From: Tubulanus polymorphus
Lineage: Eukaryota; Animalia; Nemertea
Assembly: GCF_964204645.1 (NCBI RefSeq)
Contig: NC_134028.1
Location: 22,750,345 to 22,814,344 of the forward strand
DNA length: 64,000 bases
Direction: 5' to 3'
Shown here in pieces: positions 13,354 through 26,080 of the stretch; positions within the stretch are counted from its first letter, which is position 1, and the number at the start of each line of letters is the position of its first letter. The notes under the pieces were generated by a model. It made no database searches. It was not told the origin of the DNA and worked only from the letters and a program-made list of their open reading frames with translations. The translations under genes were made by a program, and so were the position numbers.

Positions 13354-15723
13354 ATTTCGAGGTTTTTCCGAATATCCTGTAGAGAAATCGACTTTCTTTG
13401 TGAAATCTCCAAAATGTGGTAAGTTTTACGTACGGGATCTTTCTTCATTTGCATTTTCGCGCGTCATGCTGAATTATCTACAATGACAACGGGAATTGCG
13501 GTTACACCGTCGCCTGCTCGATGCGCACGTCCGCTTTCACAATCGCAAAATTTTCCACCCGTAAAATGTTGTCTGATAGTAAAAAAATATTCGCTGGCAG
13601 AGACGAAAAAACAGTCAAAATCGTAGTTATAAACACTCCGTGGCCTGTTCTGTTGGTCGGTTAGAAATGAGCTGCGCTTTAAAACAGGCGACGCAGCTGC
13701 GAAAAATCACCGTTCGACAAAATGTAAAATGCCACGCGCGAAATCTCCTCCGGTTCGAGTAGCACTCGGCCGCATTTTTCGCTTTAAAAAAACCCTGAAA
13801 TCAAGACTATATTCGCTCGAGTCACTCGTGGAAGCGGTGCACTCGTAATGAAACACTGGCAGAAATAAAATGAACACACAATAGTGTAAGATCGAGTGCC
13901 AGACGCGTGTTCAGCGGATCGTCTTGCTTCGACTCAGCCAAGCTTATATTTATAGATAGTCGGCGAATCACACACAAAATCCGCAAAACTGTTATGAAAA
14001 ACGCGTGTCTGTCGCATCGAACAGCGGCCACTCGCGTGCGCTTCTTAGCCGAGGAGAGGAATCCTACGATCAGATCGCGACGATTCTACGAATCCGCGTC
14101 GGCGCTTTGCAACTAGTTGAACGCGCTCTCAGACTATAACATCAGCGCGCTCGCTCCGTTCGAGCGCTGCATTCGCGGCGGCGGCAGACACGGGTCTTAT
14201 CGAAATATTCAATCGTATGCAAAACGTTGAAATCGGCTTCGAATCGTGTTTTCTAATTCCGCGCAAAATAAAGCGGAAAAAAACGTGTGAAAGTAGCCTT
14301 GTTTGCATCGAATCTAAACTGTGTTGAGAATCATTGAAATGTGCTTAAGATTCGATTCGTCTCGTTACACAAGTTCAGTTATACAGTAGCTATTACGTGT
14401 TGAGATAAGCTCAGTTTATAGAAACAGCAAATCGGTTTTTTTTAAATTATTATTATTATTATTATTATTATCATTTAATAAACTCGTCCCGTTGCATATG
14501 TTGCGATAAACTGGAATACGTGTATGTATCAGTGTAACGAGAAACGTGCGCAGTTTAACATTACGTTGCAGATGTAAGAAGTCGATTTGAAAAAACTACG
14601 ACGATCAAATTTCATTCAAACTTTCATCCGATCCGTTCATCCTCACGCACGCACGAAATCTATGTATATGGTTTGATGTATATGTGCGCGCTAGTTTTAT
14701 CCTGATTTCCAGCCCTGATTACGGTTTTATTCAAAACGGCTTTTCCTCCCGATACTGATGTTGAGTGTCTTCAACTGGGGGGAAATTCTGAAGATATTAT
14801 CGACATGTACGTATAAGATAACGATTGCGGGATGCGAAAAAAATCAGAGTAGGTCATGTATCGGTGTGATTCTGGATTTAGGTTTTAGTTAAAACGACAT
14901 TTCCTCCCGTTGAAGAGCTTCGAATCGTGAAATTCCAAAGAATTTATCGACTTATCGACCGTATGTAAAATCACCGAGTGCCAGAACGGAAAACTCTAAC
15001 GCCAAACGAAACGACTTAAAAACTACGACGCTTTGTACTCGAAACGACCGTTTCTAAAAATCCCTCGCGCAAAACGACGCCGCGCTACGACTGCTTCGTT
15101 AACTTTACACCCAGTCGATAGCGGTGAAAACAGTACGACGAGAAACTGGCACGATGGGTTTGAAAGGAATTACATTAGCGCGCGTCGTTTGCTCGACGGT
15201 CTCAGCGACCATGATCGATGCGTTTTAATCCATTAGAGTTCTTCGGGTTCGATGTCGACGACTGCGGTTGAGCGACGAACCAGTCCGGTCGTGATCGATC
15301 AATTCGCGCCCGAATGACGGTGAACAACTCCTCCGTCGACGATATTCTCCAAATTTCGACGCCATCTAGCGACATTCTAAACGACTTCAACGATGACGAA
15401 TGGTCGTAATTTGTTGGTTTTAATCGAGCTAGCGGGACCGTTCTCCACTTACGATTGTCGTCTTTGGGAAAACATTCTTACCACGAGTGAAACGGGAGAG
15501 AGAGAGTATTTGAGCTCTTCAGAATCCAGGTTCCTACAGATTGCGGTTTAGAAAATGCGCTTTGTTTGTGTCTTCTCGAAATAAGGAAATGAATTGTCGC
15601 GTGTTCAAAGCGAACTCGGAGGTATTCTTAATTCAAGACATTAGAAGAATTTCGATCATCTGAGAAATACTTCCAAATATTCTCAAAGAATAACGATTTT
15701 TTCATCCAAACATTACCTTTAAT

Positions 15724-15860
15724 CGGTAGATTTCGTTTGATTTTTTTTTATTTGCCGTCCCTTCCAAACCCACCACACCTGCCCGCCACCGAAACAGGGG
15801 GTTTAGTATTGGAATCAGAAATCGAAGTACAGATAAAGTTATGTGACCGTTGGTCGAAGA
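15724..15860 (+). repeat. dispersed ~130-bp repeat; second copy at 17119-17262
   Basis: Both copies share GGTAGATTTCGTTTGA(T)n, AAACCC(C)ACCACACCTGCC, CGAAACAGGG and AAGT(A/G)CAGATA..GTT. Confidence 0.75.
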
Positions 15861-18800
15861 TACATAATTGGAAATTTCGATCCCTGTTCATTCAAACAAT
15901 CTTCTAAACAGCCTTAATCGGCACGAGCAAGTGATGGGTATTTTTACCGTATGCAAATATATTCATCTGAATTCAAAATTGTTATTTTGTTCTGATTTGT
16001 TCGTTGTTTTACATTCTCGATCGAGCCATTTGATCTTAAACGATATCATATACACATTTTTGACAAAAAGAAAAATGTCTTGCATACAAACCTGACTTGT
16101 AAATGCGGAATTATCCGACTGAATATTTGTTTACTAACTTTTTATTCCATATATTTCCGTTTTAGCCTACCTCATCAGACAAAACCTCACCAGACAAAAT
16201 CTCATCGGACGGTGATGTTTTTGACTCCAGTGAATTTACCGTTTGCTAGTTAACTTATCGAACGGAATAAAACTGACCGTCCCGTTACCTGTAGACGAAG
16301 AAGAATTACTCAAAATGCCAAAAAATATCTTATGTTAACCCCTATATCAAACACAGTTATACCTACCGCAGTTACGGTGAGATTGGGTAATTTAAATGCA
16401 TATGGGCATTATATAAATGGTATTATCACATGTGTTGATTTCAGATCATGTCCCGCTTCCGGAAAATGCCAAAAACGTGAGCTGCATATCGTTCTGTACG
16501 CTCGTAAATAAACCCGTTTCTTTCGATAAATATGAGTTTCCTGAGTGAGCGTTTTTATCAGCGGTCTTCGATGATGAACAACATTGTTTTCATGGACTGT
16601 CCTATTTGATCGACGAATTCAAATAGAGGATTTTAGTTCTTCGAGCTAAAAAAAATACTCTATCATTTTCAACACAGGTTTATTTCCAAAGAGCAGTTGA
16701 AACAATATAAAAAAAGGTGAATACGTGATACCCGTAGCAGCTAGAATGTAATCAGTAGGCGGAGAAACCTAGGTTGGAATTTGCTGTGATAACTGTGAAA
16801 TCAGAGTTTTTCAAATAACACTTGATGTAGAAATTCTCTATTAGTTTTACTTCCTATTTTCCTTCGGGCAATGTGCGCCGTTTAGTCGCAAAACAAATGA
16901 AGTGAAAAGCTGCAAAATTACGAAATTGTCACGCAAACGCATTATATTCTTTATTTTTGTATGTTTTCCTTTTGGTTAAATCCGATGCACACACACGAAC
17001 ATAATTCACAATAGAGTCTTTTTGTGATATCAGACTCAGCAGGTATTTCGAGTTTCAAGTAATGTTTGACCAGTCATTATGATTTTGAAATAAGCATTGA
17101 CCCTGTTATTTATTTGATAGGTAGATTTCGTTTGATTTTTTTTTTTTGTTCTTTGATTCGGTGTCACGTACAAACCCACCACACCTGCCGTGAGCGAAAC
17201 AGGGTTTGATTTATAAATCGAAAATCAAGTGCAGATATAGTTGTGTGATCGGCGGTCAGAATGACCAGTTTTTTAACGACATTGACAAACGGTGGAAAGG
17301 TTATGATGTAATGCATGCTTTCGCATCAAAGCATTATATCATCTATATTGCTTAATAACAACGGTATAATCTCGTAAAATAGCATAAATTCTTATGAATA
17401 TGGTGGTTCACTAGATTGGAGTCGGGGTTACGTCTACAAGGTCATAGACAATTACTGACGATCTCATAAAGAAACGTCTATTGAATAATAACAATGATAA
17501 ATCCAAATTTAATAACGAAAATGAATAACGCAAAACAGGTGCGCGTTGGTACGATCCGGTCAACGTCATTCGCTTAATGAATGAAATAATGAAGATATGA
17601 ACTGATTTACTATGCGTGTGTACCCAGAAACCCGACGCCATTTACGACGTAAAGAAATTTGTCCGCCAGTCGTTCACGCGTAGGTCACAGCGTGATCCCT
17701 TCACGCCAAGAATGTTCTGTTTTGAAAACTTTCCGCATTCGATTGTAACGAGTCGGTGTGGTTCCGGCGCGAGGGGTATCAGACGTTTTTTGTGTGGCTT
17801 CGCGTGTGTTAACGAATTAACTCAACGGGTCGCTGATAATTTTGGCCAATAAATACCATCGACGCGGACGATTGTACAGAGCGCCTTCCGCAAATTGGTT
17901 TCGAGAAAAAATGCTTTTATCGCATGTGAATATTTTCGGTGTGACAAATGGTTGGAAAAGAAAACGTAAATTTTTCTAGCCGGTTCTTCCTATTCTGTAA
18001 CAAATATTTACACCGAACAATATGAATATTTCCTCGACAAAAAAAACGTTAATTTTTCCATTTGTGAAACACCCTGTTCGTATTGTAACAAATTACATAG
18101 AAAACAGGAGACAAAGAAAAGACAAACAAGTCCGAAAAGTTTCCTTCAGTTAACGATTTTTTTTCGACTATGTTCTAATGATCATCTTCCGGGAAACCGA
18201 GACAGTATTTTTCTATATCACCGTTACTTTCACATATTAAAATTCGATGGATAAAACATACGACGAAATAATAGAGACAATCAACGAATGATAGTCGGTA
18301 TTCGCGTTGATATCCTTGCGAATTTATATTTTCAGTCATATAAAACCCATAATAGTATTTTCTAATGTTCATCGTAAAGCTACGACTGACGATGGAAAAT
18401 GCTTTCAATATTCCTATTAACATCGAGGCTCCAATGGAATTATTCAGAGATGATTGTTTGATATGCCATTCTATGGTGGTACTTTCTATCGACGAACGCA
18501 TGCATTATGTAGTAGTTGAATCAATGAATTTTAAAAAATATACTTTGCCATAGAAACTGTTGCCGCCACGAACAACGAATTCAATAATATTGCGCAACCA
18601 TATCTGCCTCGAAAAAAAAAATCAAAGATTTCATTTAGAAAATAGATTATTTAATATTTATAAGCATGTTTTATCATCTATAGATAACGACAACATTTAC
18701 TTGATAAATAGTAATTGTTTCTCGATTTTGTTGTGAAAAATTCGATTGAAATCTAATCCGAATTTGTATATAAAAATAACCGCCCTCATTATTATTATTC

Positions 18801-19162
18801 GTAAGAAAGCGTTCTGAGAATAAACAATATTGTTTTAGAATTTTCTACGAGTTTTTATTTCCTTTAAGTACATGTAATTCGTCTGGTTCTTTCTGGAGTT
18901 CTGAAAAACAAATATTTTACCTCGCATCTCTCGGACGCTTTTTTCATACGCTCACTATTTCTTTCTAGAAGATTTGATAGCTAAAACCAACAGAGAAGCG
19001 TTTAGCAATTTTCATGATACTCACATGCAGCCACCCGCCCCTTGATCCCACGAAATCAAAAGTACATGAGATGTCTGAGACGAATTGGCTCAGTAAAATA
19101 AGATATTAGCTTATTCTTTTCATGTTTTTGTAAATTCTAAATTCTTTAATTTGCACATGAAT

Positions 19163-20152
19163 TCAACAGGAGTCCAGTTCATCGTTCTCCGCATTCGACA
19201 CCGCGTGAAACAGGGCGACTGGATATAGTTCTTTCATCGGATATCCGTTCTGCCAGTAGTCCAATTCCGCGTACGATTTCACCATATCGTCGATGAATTT
19301 CTCGTCGGGATCTGAATCTGACATCAGCGCGCACGTCACCATCTCTCGCAACTCATCCGTCGATTTCAATTCGTATTCGATTATCGTCGTTAAGAAATCC
19401 ACCACTTTCAAATTCTGCCGATACTTCAACTGTCGTCTGTAGTCGTAAGCGTTGCGCATCGTCGACACGCGCATCCAATTCTCCGTCGAGTTCAGCACCG
19501 TTTTGAATCCCTCGACGGTCTCGAAATCGCTCTCCGGATATTTCTTTCTGAGATTGTAAAAAGCGTCTACCAGATACGGGTTGTTGGCCGTGTTCATTAC
19601 GTTTACGAAATGTCCGCCCGGTTTTAGCAATTTGGCGACGTTCGAAAATATACGATCTTGATCATCGCACCAGTTGATCGCGAACGTCGACAAAACCAAA
19701 TCGAATTTACCAAGTTTCGCGGCCAACTGGTCATCCTCCATATCCATTTGGTAATAACTGATTCTATCCCCGCTATTGTTCAATCGGGCGTATTTCACCA
19801 TACTCGCCGATAAGTCAATGCCGACAATTTTGGTCGCATTCGGGTAACGCGTGGCCATATGGCTGCATAACGTCCCGGTACAAGATCCCAAATCTAATAT
19901 TTCCATTTTACTCGGGTCTGTTGATTCTGCGCTTAACCTCAGATTATCTATGTAGCATATGGCTACCTCGGTCAGATAATTCCCTCCGGGATTTTTCGAA
20001 TACGTTTCAGCGTAGAACGTATTATTCTTCGTGGCTGTAGATAACATTTTCCAAGTTGACGCCGTTGGTTCTGGCGAGTGGCAAATTCTTGCTTTAACTG
20101 GTAACGAATGATAATTGCTGCACAATTTTGTCTGTATTTGGAAAAATGACAT
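19163..20152 (-). CDS. Class I SAM-dependent methyltransferase, juvenile hormone acid O-methyltransferase (JHAMT)-like, intronless
   Basis: 329-aa ORF with motif I ILDLGSCTG, post-I IVGIDLSASMVKYAR, motif II KFDLVLSTFAINW and motif III LLKPGGHFV; the N-terminal AETYSKN resembles JHAMT. The true start may be the internal Met (MLSTATK). Confidence 0.85.
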   Translation of the reverse strand: MSFFQIQTKLCSNYHSLPVKARICHSPEPTASTWKMLSTATKNNTFYAETYSKNPGGNYLTEVAICYIDNLRLSAESTDPSKMEILDLGSCTGTLCSHMATRYPNATKIVGIDLSASMVKYARLNNSGDRISYYQMDMEDDQLAAKLGKFDLVLSTFAINWCDDQDRIFSNVAKLLKPGGHFVNVMNTANNPYLVDAFYNLRKKYPESDFETVEGFKTVLNSTENWMRVSTMRNAYDYRRQLKYRQNLKVVDFLTTIIEYELKSTDELREMVTCALMSDSDPDEKFIDDMVKSYAELDYWQNGYPMKELYPVALFHAVSNAENDELDSC

Positions 20153-21310
20153 TGAAACGAAAGAATTCGTCCCCGTGGTTGGAAAAGAACGGCAGTATTG
20201 CGTGTGTGAAAGTCTTCTAGGCGCGGGTCACATTTTTTGTTCATTATTCAAGACAATTAACTTGGTTTGACATAGCGCCGCTATTGACATATTCTTTTAT
20301 AAGGACATAAAAACGAATTTGAAGTCATAATCTTGTGTTCATCAAAATGTTGGAATTCAGCCGGCAGCACACTAGGGGACAGTGACAACGACGCGTGATG
20401 CCCGTTTATCTAAGTTTACAGGGGGCTTGAGGTTCCTTTATGCGAAACTATGAAAGGAGTGTGTTATCGATAGCTGGGTTGAAAAAGTCCACGGTTACCC
20501 TTTGACCGTAGAAGACGTCACACGCGCTGTTCACATGCGTCATACTGGACGGTAAATGGCCGTCTGTTAAACTTTTGTTAGTCGCTTGCGCTCGATGGCC
20601 AAATGAGGTCAATATGACGTACTGTGACGTCACGTGCAAAACCTTTCAACCATTTTCAAGATCTAAGACCATTTCTGGACTCAACTCACAGGTTTTTGGA
20701 CGTTGGTCTTGAATTAATGTGCGAACGCTTTTGACGCGTTTCGTTTGGCGCATTAGATATTATTCTTACCTTTCTTCACTCGAAGCTCGTGGAACAAGGT
20801 GGTTGTACGTATTATACTTACGTATGGTGAACAGCGTTATCGCTGCAGAATTCTCCTTCAAACAACGTTTGTTTTAGTTTCATTGAGCAGAACAAAAGCG
20901 AAGGTAAACGTTTCAAATGATGGTTTCAATTTTCCAATAGTTATAAACGTTTTTTTTTTAGTTTCATTGAGTTGCAAATTATGGGGTATCGGATTTCAAT
21001 ATATACCGGTACTCGGCATTATTCAGCAAGATATGGAATTGTGATTCTTATAGAATCAGAGACGAACTCATATTCTTCTTGGTTTTAAAAAGAAAGCTTC
21101 AAACACTTCCCATTTTGAAATTGGAGTAAAACATAAATACTTTTGATTTCCGCCACATTGAAGCTGTCCACATGGTACATTTCATACATGTAAGGATATT
21201 AAGCTAATGTAATGTATTGGCTACTGCGGTATTAAAGGATTCCACTTGTGGCAAGTGAGAGTCCACCAGGTGCGCTATTGTACTGTAGGACACTGCTGCA
21301 CCAGTAGGTG

Positions 21311-22341
21311 TCAGTCGTTTTGAATATCTGTATTCAGGTACCCGATTAATTCAACCATTCGATAATGGTAATACAAAAATGCTTGGACGATGGAATACAT
21401 ACCAGACACGCAGTTTCCTAGTTCATAGTACGTGCACTTTAACGTAATGCGCGAATTTGTGGCGAAGTACGCGGGGTCCACGGTCTGTTGTGTCTCGTTC
21501 GAAAAGTAACATTTTTTGTTGCACCTGTCAATCGAGCGACACATAACATGAACGGTGGCTCGATTTTCTATACAGAATTCTTTGCAACGTGAGAGCTCCC
21601 AGCCGTCTTCGGTGACGCGGTTGCGGCTTACGATGTAAGCATTCGGCACGGTATACCAGTTACACTTTGTACCTATATGTAGACACGCACATAAACCAAG
21701 GATAATGAAAAAAAGAAAAGGAGTCCGAAAACTGGATTATTGTATAAAGAAAAATCTAACCAGAAAATTTAAATCCTAAACATATCCGAAGTTTGTTGAA
21801 AAATGTTCCTATGAAATGGGGCTAGAAACAGCTTCGGGCCCAAAACTTCGAAATTTGGACCACGAAGTTTGTGGCACGAACACCTAAAAATGAGCTAAGA
21901 TGTGTCTTAATTTGAGCAAATTTAAAAGCTACTGAGGATGGACTAAAATGTAAACGTCAAGGTAAGAAGATACGGGGCACGAAGACTCGATGGTCAGCAA
22001 ACACAAGTTTGGCTCTAGTTCGAAGTAAAATCGATAGACTAGATAACCGAAGCGTGTTGATTTGATTTTCAAATGGGGCTGAAGGTAATGAAGGTCCTAA
22101 ATCTTATCATCATTATCATACTTGTTTAGATCATCAAACCCTTTCAATTAACTAAATCATTCAATGAAATGATTGATCATAATGACATGAAATTCGTTAT
22201 AGGGCCAAATAAACTAATATAATAGGAAAAGTTCGCTAGTTTACTGACAATTTTGGAAAAAAACAAGATGTACTCACCCGCATAGGAAGTGTCTAACAAA
22301 ATAGCGTAGAAACACATAATCATTATGTAAAAGCCGTACAT
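21311..22341 (-). CDS. Small secreted protein with a single PAN/apple domain (~116 aa)
   Basis: Exons 22341-22278 (signal peptide MYGFYIMIMCFYAILLDTSYA, donor GTGAGT), 21672-21403 (phase 1-1; CKEFC...CRSIDRCNKKCYFSNET...CTYYELGNC) and a probable last exon 21327-21311 (DIQND*). Confidence 0.7.
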
Positions 22342-23944
22342 AATTCGCTTTTTAAATCACTTTCCGCTAAACGGTAGTGTATTTCAGAACGATCGGAGAT
22401 CTACTACTGGTGTTATACAATATTGCCATAACAGATTCAGTTGTGTTTATCGAGAAGTGTTGTTTTCAATAATTCGACGTGTGTTCGAAATGTTTCAATG
22501 TTTCATGCCGTTTACCAATATATGAAGCACGCGCTCTGATTCCACGACGACTTTCCGATATCAAGGGTTTTTTTCGTCGCTCATGCAATTCATGATTTAT
22601 AATCTCTCGGAAACGGGCTTTTGACGGTTTCACGCGTCTATATTTTTATCAGCCGCTACCAATTCTCGCTCGAATCTGATAATCCGTCGAGTCGATGCGA
22701 GATCGGAAGATTTTTCTTTTTTGTTTTGTTCCGTTGAAAAAATCACTGCGCCGACTTGTCGGTTGACTGGGTGTTTTACACGAGATACTTCGAACGAAAC
22801 CTCGAGACGCACGATAGTGTTTTAATGAATTAAAAGCCGAACATCGTCAGAATTTCTTGCCGTGATTAAACTCATAAATCATCGCTCGAATTTAATTAGG
22901 AACGCCACGATTTTACTCTATAAACAATTGTCAAAAAAACATGACGCGATTGACTGGAAATAAGTGAAATTGATTTATGATTCGGTCGCGTTCCGGTGGA
23001 TACCGAAATACCAGCCGAAGAATATACATTCGTTTCTTATTAGTTACCACGATTAGCCCTAATAGAAATTGCCAAAATATGTAATAACTTTGTAAACTAT
23101 TCCGTTATTTTCACTTATGCGTCGGTTGATACATTGTCGGTAAGCCTCCAGACAAGTTCATTTAGTTAGCCTTTAAGTAGGAAGCTAACTTACCGGGGTC
23201 AGTTAGCTATGTGTTGGAATAAATCTAAATTGGATTGGATTTGGTAAGCGGCAACCAGTCTCCGTCCCTTGCCTCGTGGGTTTAGACAGGTTGACGGTCT
23301 CTATTTTCTGCGAATGCAGACACGCAACCTGGTATGCATAAGGGATGTATACCTCCTCCAAGAAGATATATCTCAAAGGTTTGGCTAAAACCACTTTATC
23401 CCGAGGCAAAATGCTGGCCTATGAGCCATAATCAGGATTCACCGGATTTAAGCGCTAACGTATATATGAATTTCCTATTTCTACGATAAAATACATCGAA
23501 TTTTGTAATATGTAATAGCAGTGCTAAGCTCACTGGACGCTTGAAATTATCAACTTTATTACTGGTTACTGACACTGCCATAGTTGACGCATAAACAAGA
23601 CTATTTTTGAAAATGTAAATATCCATGCATACGCGTTAGTTGCAATACGTTATGATACACCGTTGTCAATAGGGCGGCTCCCTGGGTGCACCAACTGCTT
23701 TGATGCAAAGATACAGCACACACGTGATAACTGGGGAAAACATTTTGAACCGGGAGCCGAATAAGGAACCGGGAACCGGTAGCCAGCTTCACAGGGGTGA
23801 AAAACTAATCAAAGCACAATTTCAGATGATTTGAGTAAAACTAAATGAAAATCATTTCCATTCTAATAACATAAGAGAGACGATCTCATTGGTTGATAAA
23901 TACGATTTAATCAACGTATCGTAACAAATGTACAATCCATAATA

Positions 23945-24286
23945 CTATTTCAAAGAGACGCCAGAATTCCCAGTCAATGGCAAGCCTTGCCCATACGCAT
24001 CTATGTCACTCATAGGTCGGGTGTGTGACAGTCTTTTCTTCGTACCAGCGTGCAGATTATTCGTGGATCCCTGCTTCAATTTCGAAACCTCGACCTTCAA
24101 CGCGTCGTGGTCGCGTTTGATTTGCTTGTTCTCATTCTGAAGGTCTTCGACAACTTTCTGAACGCTTTCCAAATTCCGTTCTAACGAGCTGATCCTCGTG
24201 AACGTCAGATCGTGCTGTGCGAATTTCGGGGTTTCCCCGCAATCGCAATCCGGTGGTTTACTCGCAAATGACGCTGCACTGCCCAT
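23945..24286 (-). CDS. Small coiled-coil protein with N-myristoylation-type N-terminus, function unknown
   Basis: 113-aa ATG-initiated ORF starting MGSAAS (MGxxxS); heptad pattern ISSLERNLESVQKVVEDLQNENKQIKRDHDALKVEVSKLK. Confidence 0.65.
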   Translation of the reverse strand: MGSAASFASKPPDCDCGETPKFAQHDLTFTRISSLERNLESVQKVVEDLQNENKQIKRDHDALKVEVSKLKQGSTNNLHAGTKKRLSHTRPMSDIDAYGQGLPLTGNSGVSLK

Positions 24287-25900
24287 GATTGTTCAGGATA
24301 CTAGTTTGAGTATACACACGTCGATAACTTCGATTGCGTTGTTTGTCCGATATTCCGCGATGATTATTTTCAAACTTCCAAAAATTAGATTCCCTATAAA
24401 GACAGAGAACGAGAGTTATTTTTCGCTAATTTCTGAGATTGAGAAACCCAGGCCAAGCTCTCGCCCGGTGCTCCTAACGTCGCACTACCAGCGTAAGAGA
24501 CCGTCAAATAATAGCTTTACACAACACTCATGTTAATACCGTGATATTGGCAAATCCATGGTAACTGTGTTTGGTTTAAGACAATAACAAGACGCGATTA
24601 ATTTCATAATGTCAACAGTATGAATTGCATTAATCGCAACCGACTACGAAGGAACTGAGCGGTTGTATAAGTCACAAGAGCATAAGGCTAGTAATTGCAA
24701 TCCATTTTCACTCTAACGATTGGTAGTTCTAACTCGTCCAGAAAGGTCATATTGTCCTACCTAAGTGTCAACATTTTGAGATATTAAGTAGAGGCCTATA
24801 TTAAGTAGATTTTTATAAATCGAGCATATCTTATATATACGGAGTTTGGGTACAAAGGAATCATTAACAATTTCTCATTATAAGAATTAAACTGGCTTTC
24901 TTCATCAAATCTATATTGAACATTTAGTTTCACATACCTGGCTATGAAGTAAAGACCGACAATCTAATGAAAAAAAAAACTAGATATGAATGTTTTCATT
25001 AGATTGTCGGTGTTTAATTCATTGATATTAGACAGTCACTCGTATGGAATCTATACCTGGCTAAGTCTGTTTGGGAGTCTCTAGAATTCTATATGGATAC
25101 ATGGATATCCACGGTAACTCGTTGCTGTGACAAAATATGATGGCGCCGAATTGCCTTGGAAACCAGTAGCGCGACGCGTTACTGTGACAAAATACCCAAC
25201 ATCAAGATAATAAGTTTATACAATTGTGATATTTCGACTCAATTTCCATGTTAAACCGAAAATGACTCATAGCAATTTCTAAATGACGCCATCTTAAAAA
25301 CTTCAAGACTCAGTTCACAATTTACAATCAAGTCCAAGTTGTCTCCAATTTTCATAGATTAACTATGCACCCAACAACATGAGCTTGGACTTGTCTCAAG
25401 TTGTTGGATTGGTTAATGTAATTAGTGCTTAGACTGAAATCTAAGCCTTGGCTGTACAACTGGCCCTAGTTTACTTTATCAATATATTGTGGTTTTGCTG
25501 CTTACAGCGTCTCTGTATCCTTTGCCTCATTCTTAATGGCATTCTGTCCATCGATCAGTATTGTGGAGCTCATCAAACAGCAGTGGATTTGATCATCACA
25601 GAATCTTTTTGTACAGAACAAGAAAAACAAAACAAGACGTATAAACTTGTATTATGTATAATATTCTATATTATGTATAATATTTTTTCGTTTAATAAAG
25701 GCTAAAATCGAAAGAAAAGAAGCGATATTGTATGGAAGAGAAATCAATAATAAGGTTATTAAGTCCGGCGCACTCTGTCGCGCTGCTATCGCCGGTCCGA
25801 CTGGTCCGACTGGTCCGACTGGTCCGGTGCTCTAACGGTCGAGGTTATAGAGGTTGGTCGTGCACAGACGTTGTAGTGTTGGAGACATGTCATATATATT

Positions 25901-26080
25901 AGGCAAAAATTGATACCTTTTTTCTCAACCGGTAGACCCGGTCGACCGCCTATCTACCCTGTACATTACATTAACCTTAACACCCAGCAGTTATATAGAA
26001 ATGAACTGATTACAAATGTTATTACGGTTTACAAAATGACCCTGCCGATTAGGAGAAACAAGGTATCAATTTTTTAACCT
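25901..26080. mobile_element. MITE family B, copy 1
   Basis: TIRs AGGCAAAAATTGATACCTT / AAGGTATCAATTTTTTAACCT; homologous copy at 58274-58500 and a fragment at ~57485-57550. Confidence 0.75.

Noticed and set aside
18175-18553. Overlapping 108-aa and 62-aa ORFs
   Set aside because: No recognisable domain or supported splice structure; AT-rich non-coding composition
23194-23328. Exon-like segment on the - strand (CCAG acceptor, GTAAGT donor)
   Set aside because: Stops in all three frames; at most a UTR exon, and it cannot be assigned to a gene
25793-25826. (GGTCCGACT)n as a collagen-like Gly-Pro-Thr coding repeat
   Set aside because: Only ~3.5 units, with no surrounding ORF or splice sites
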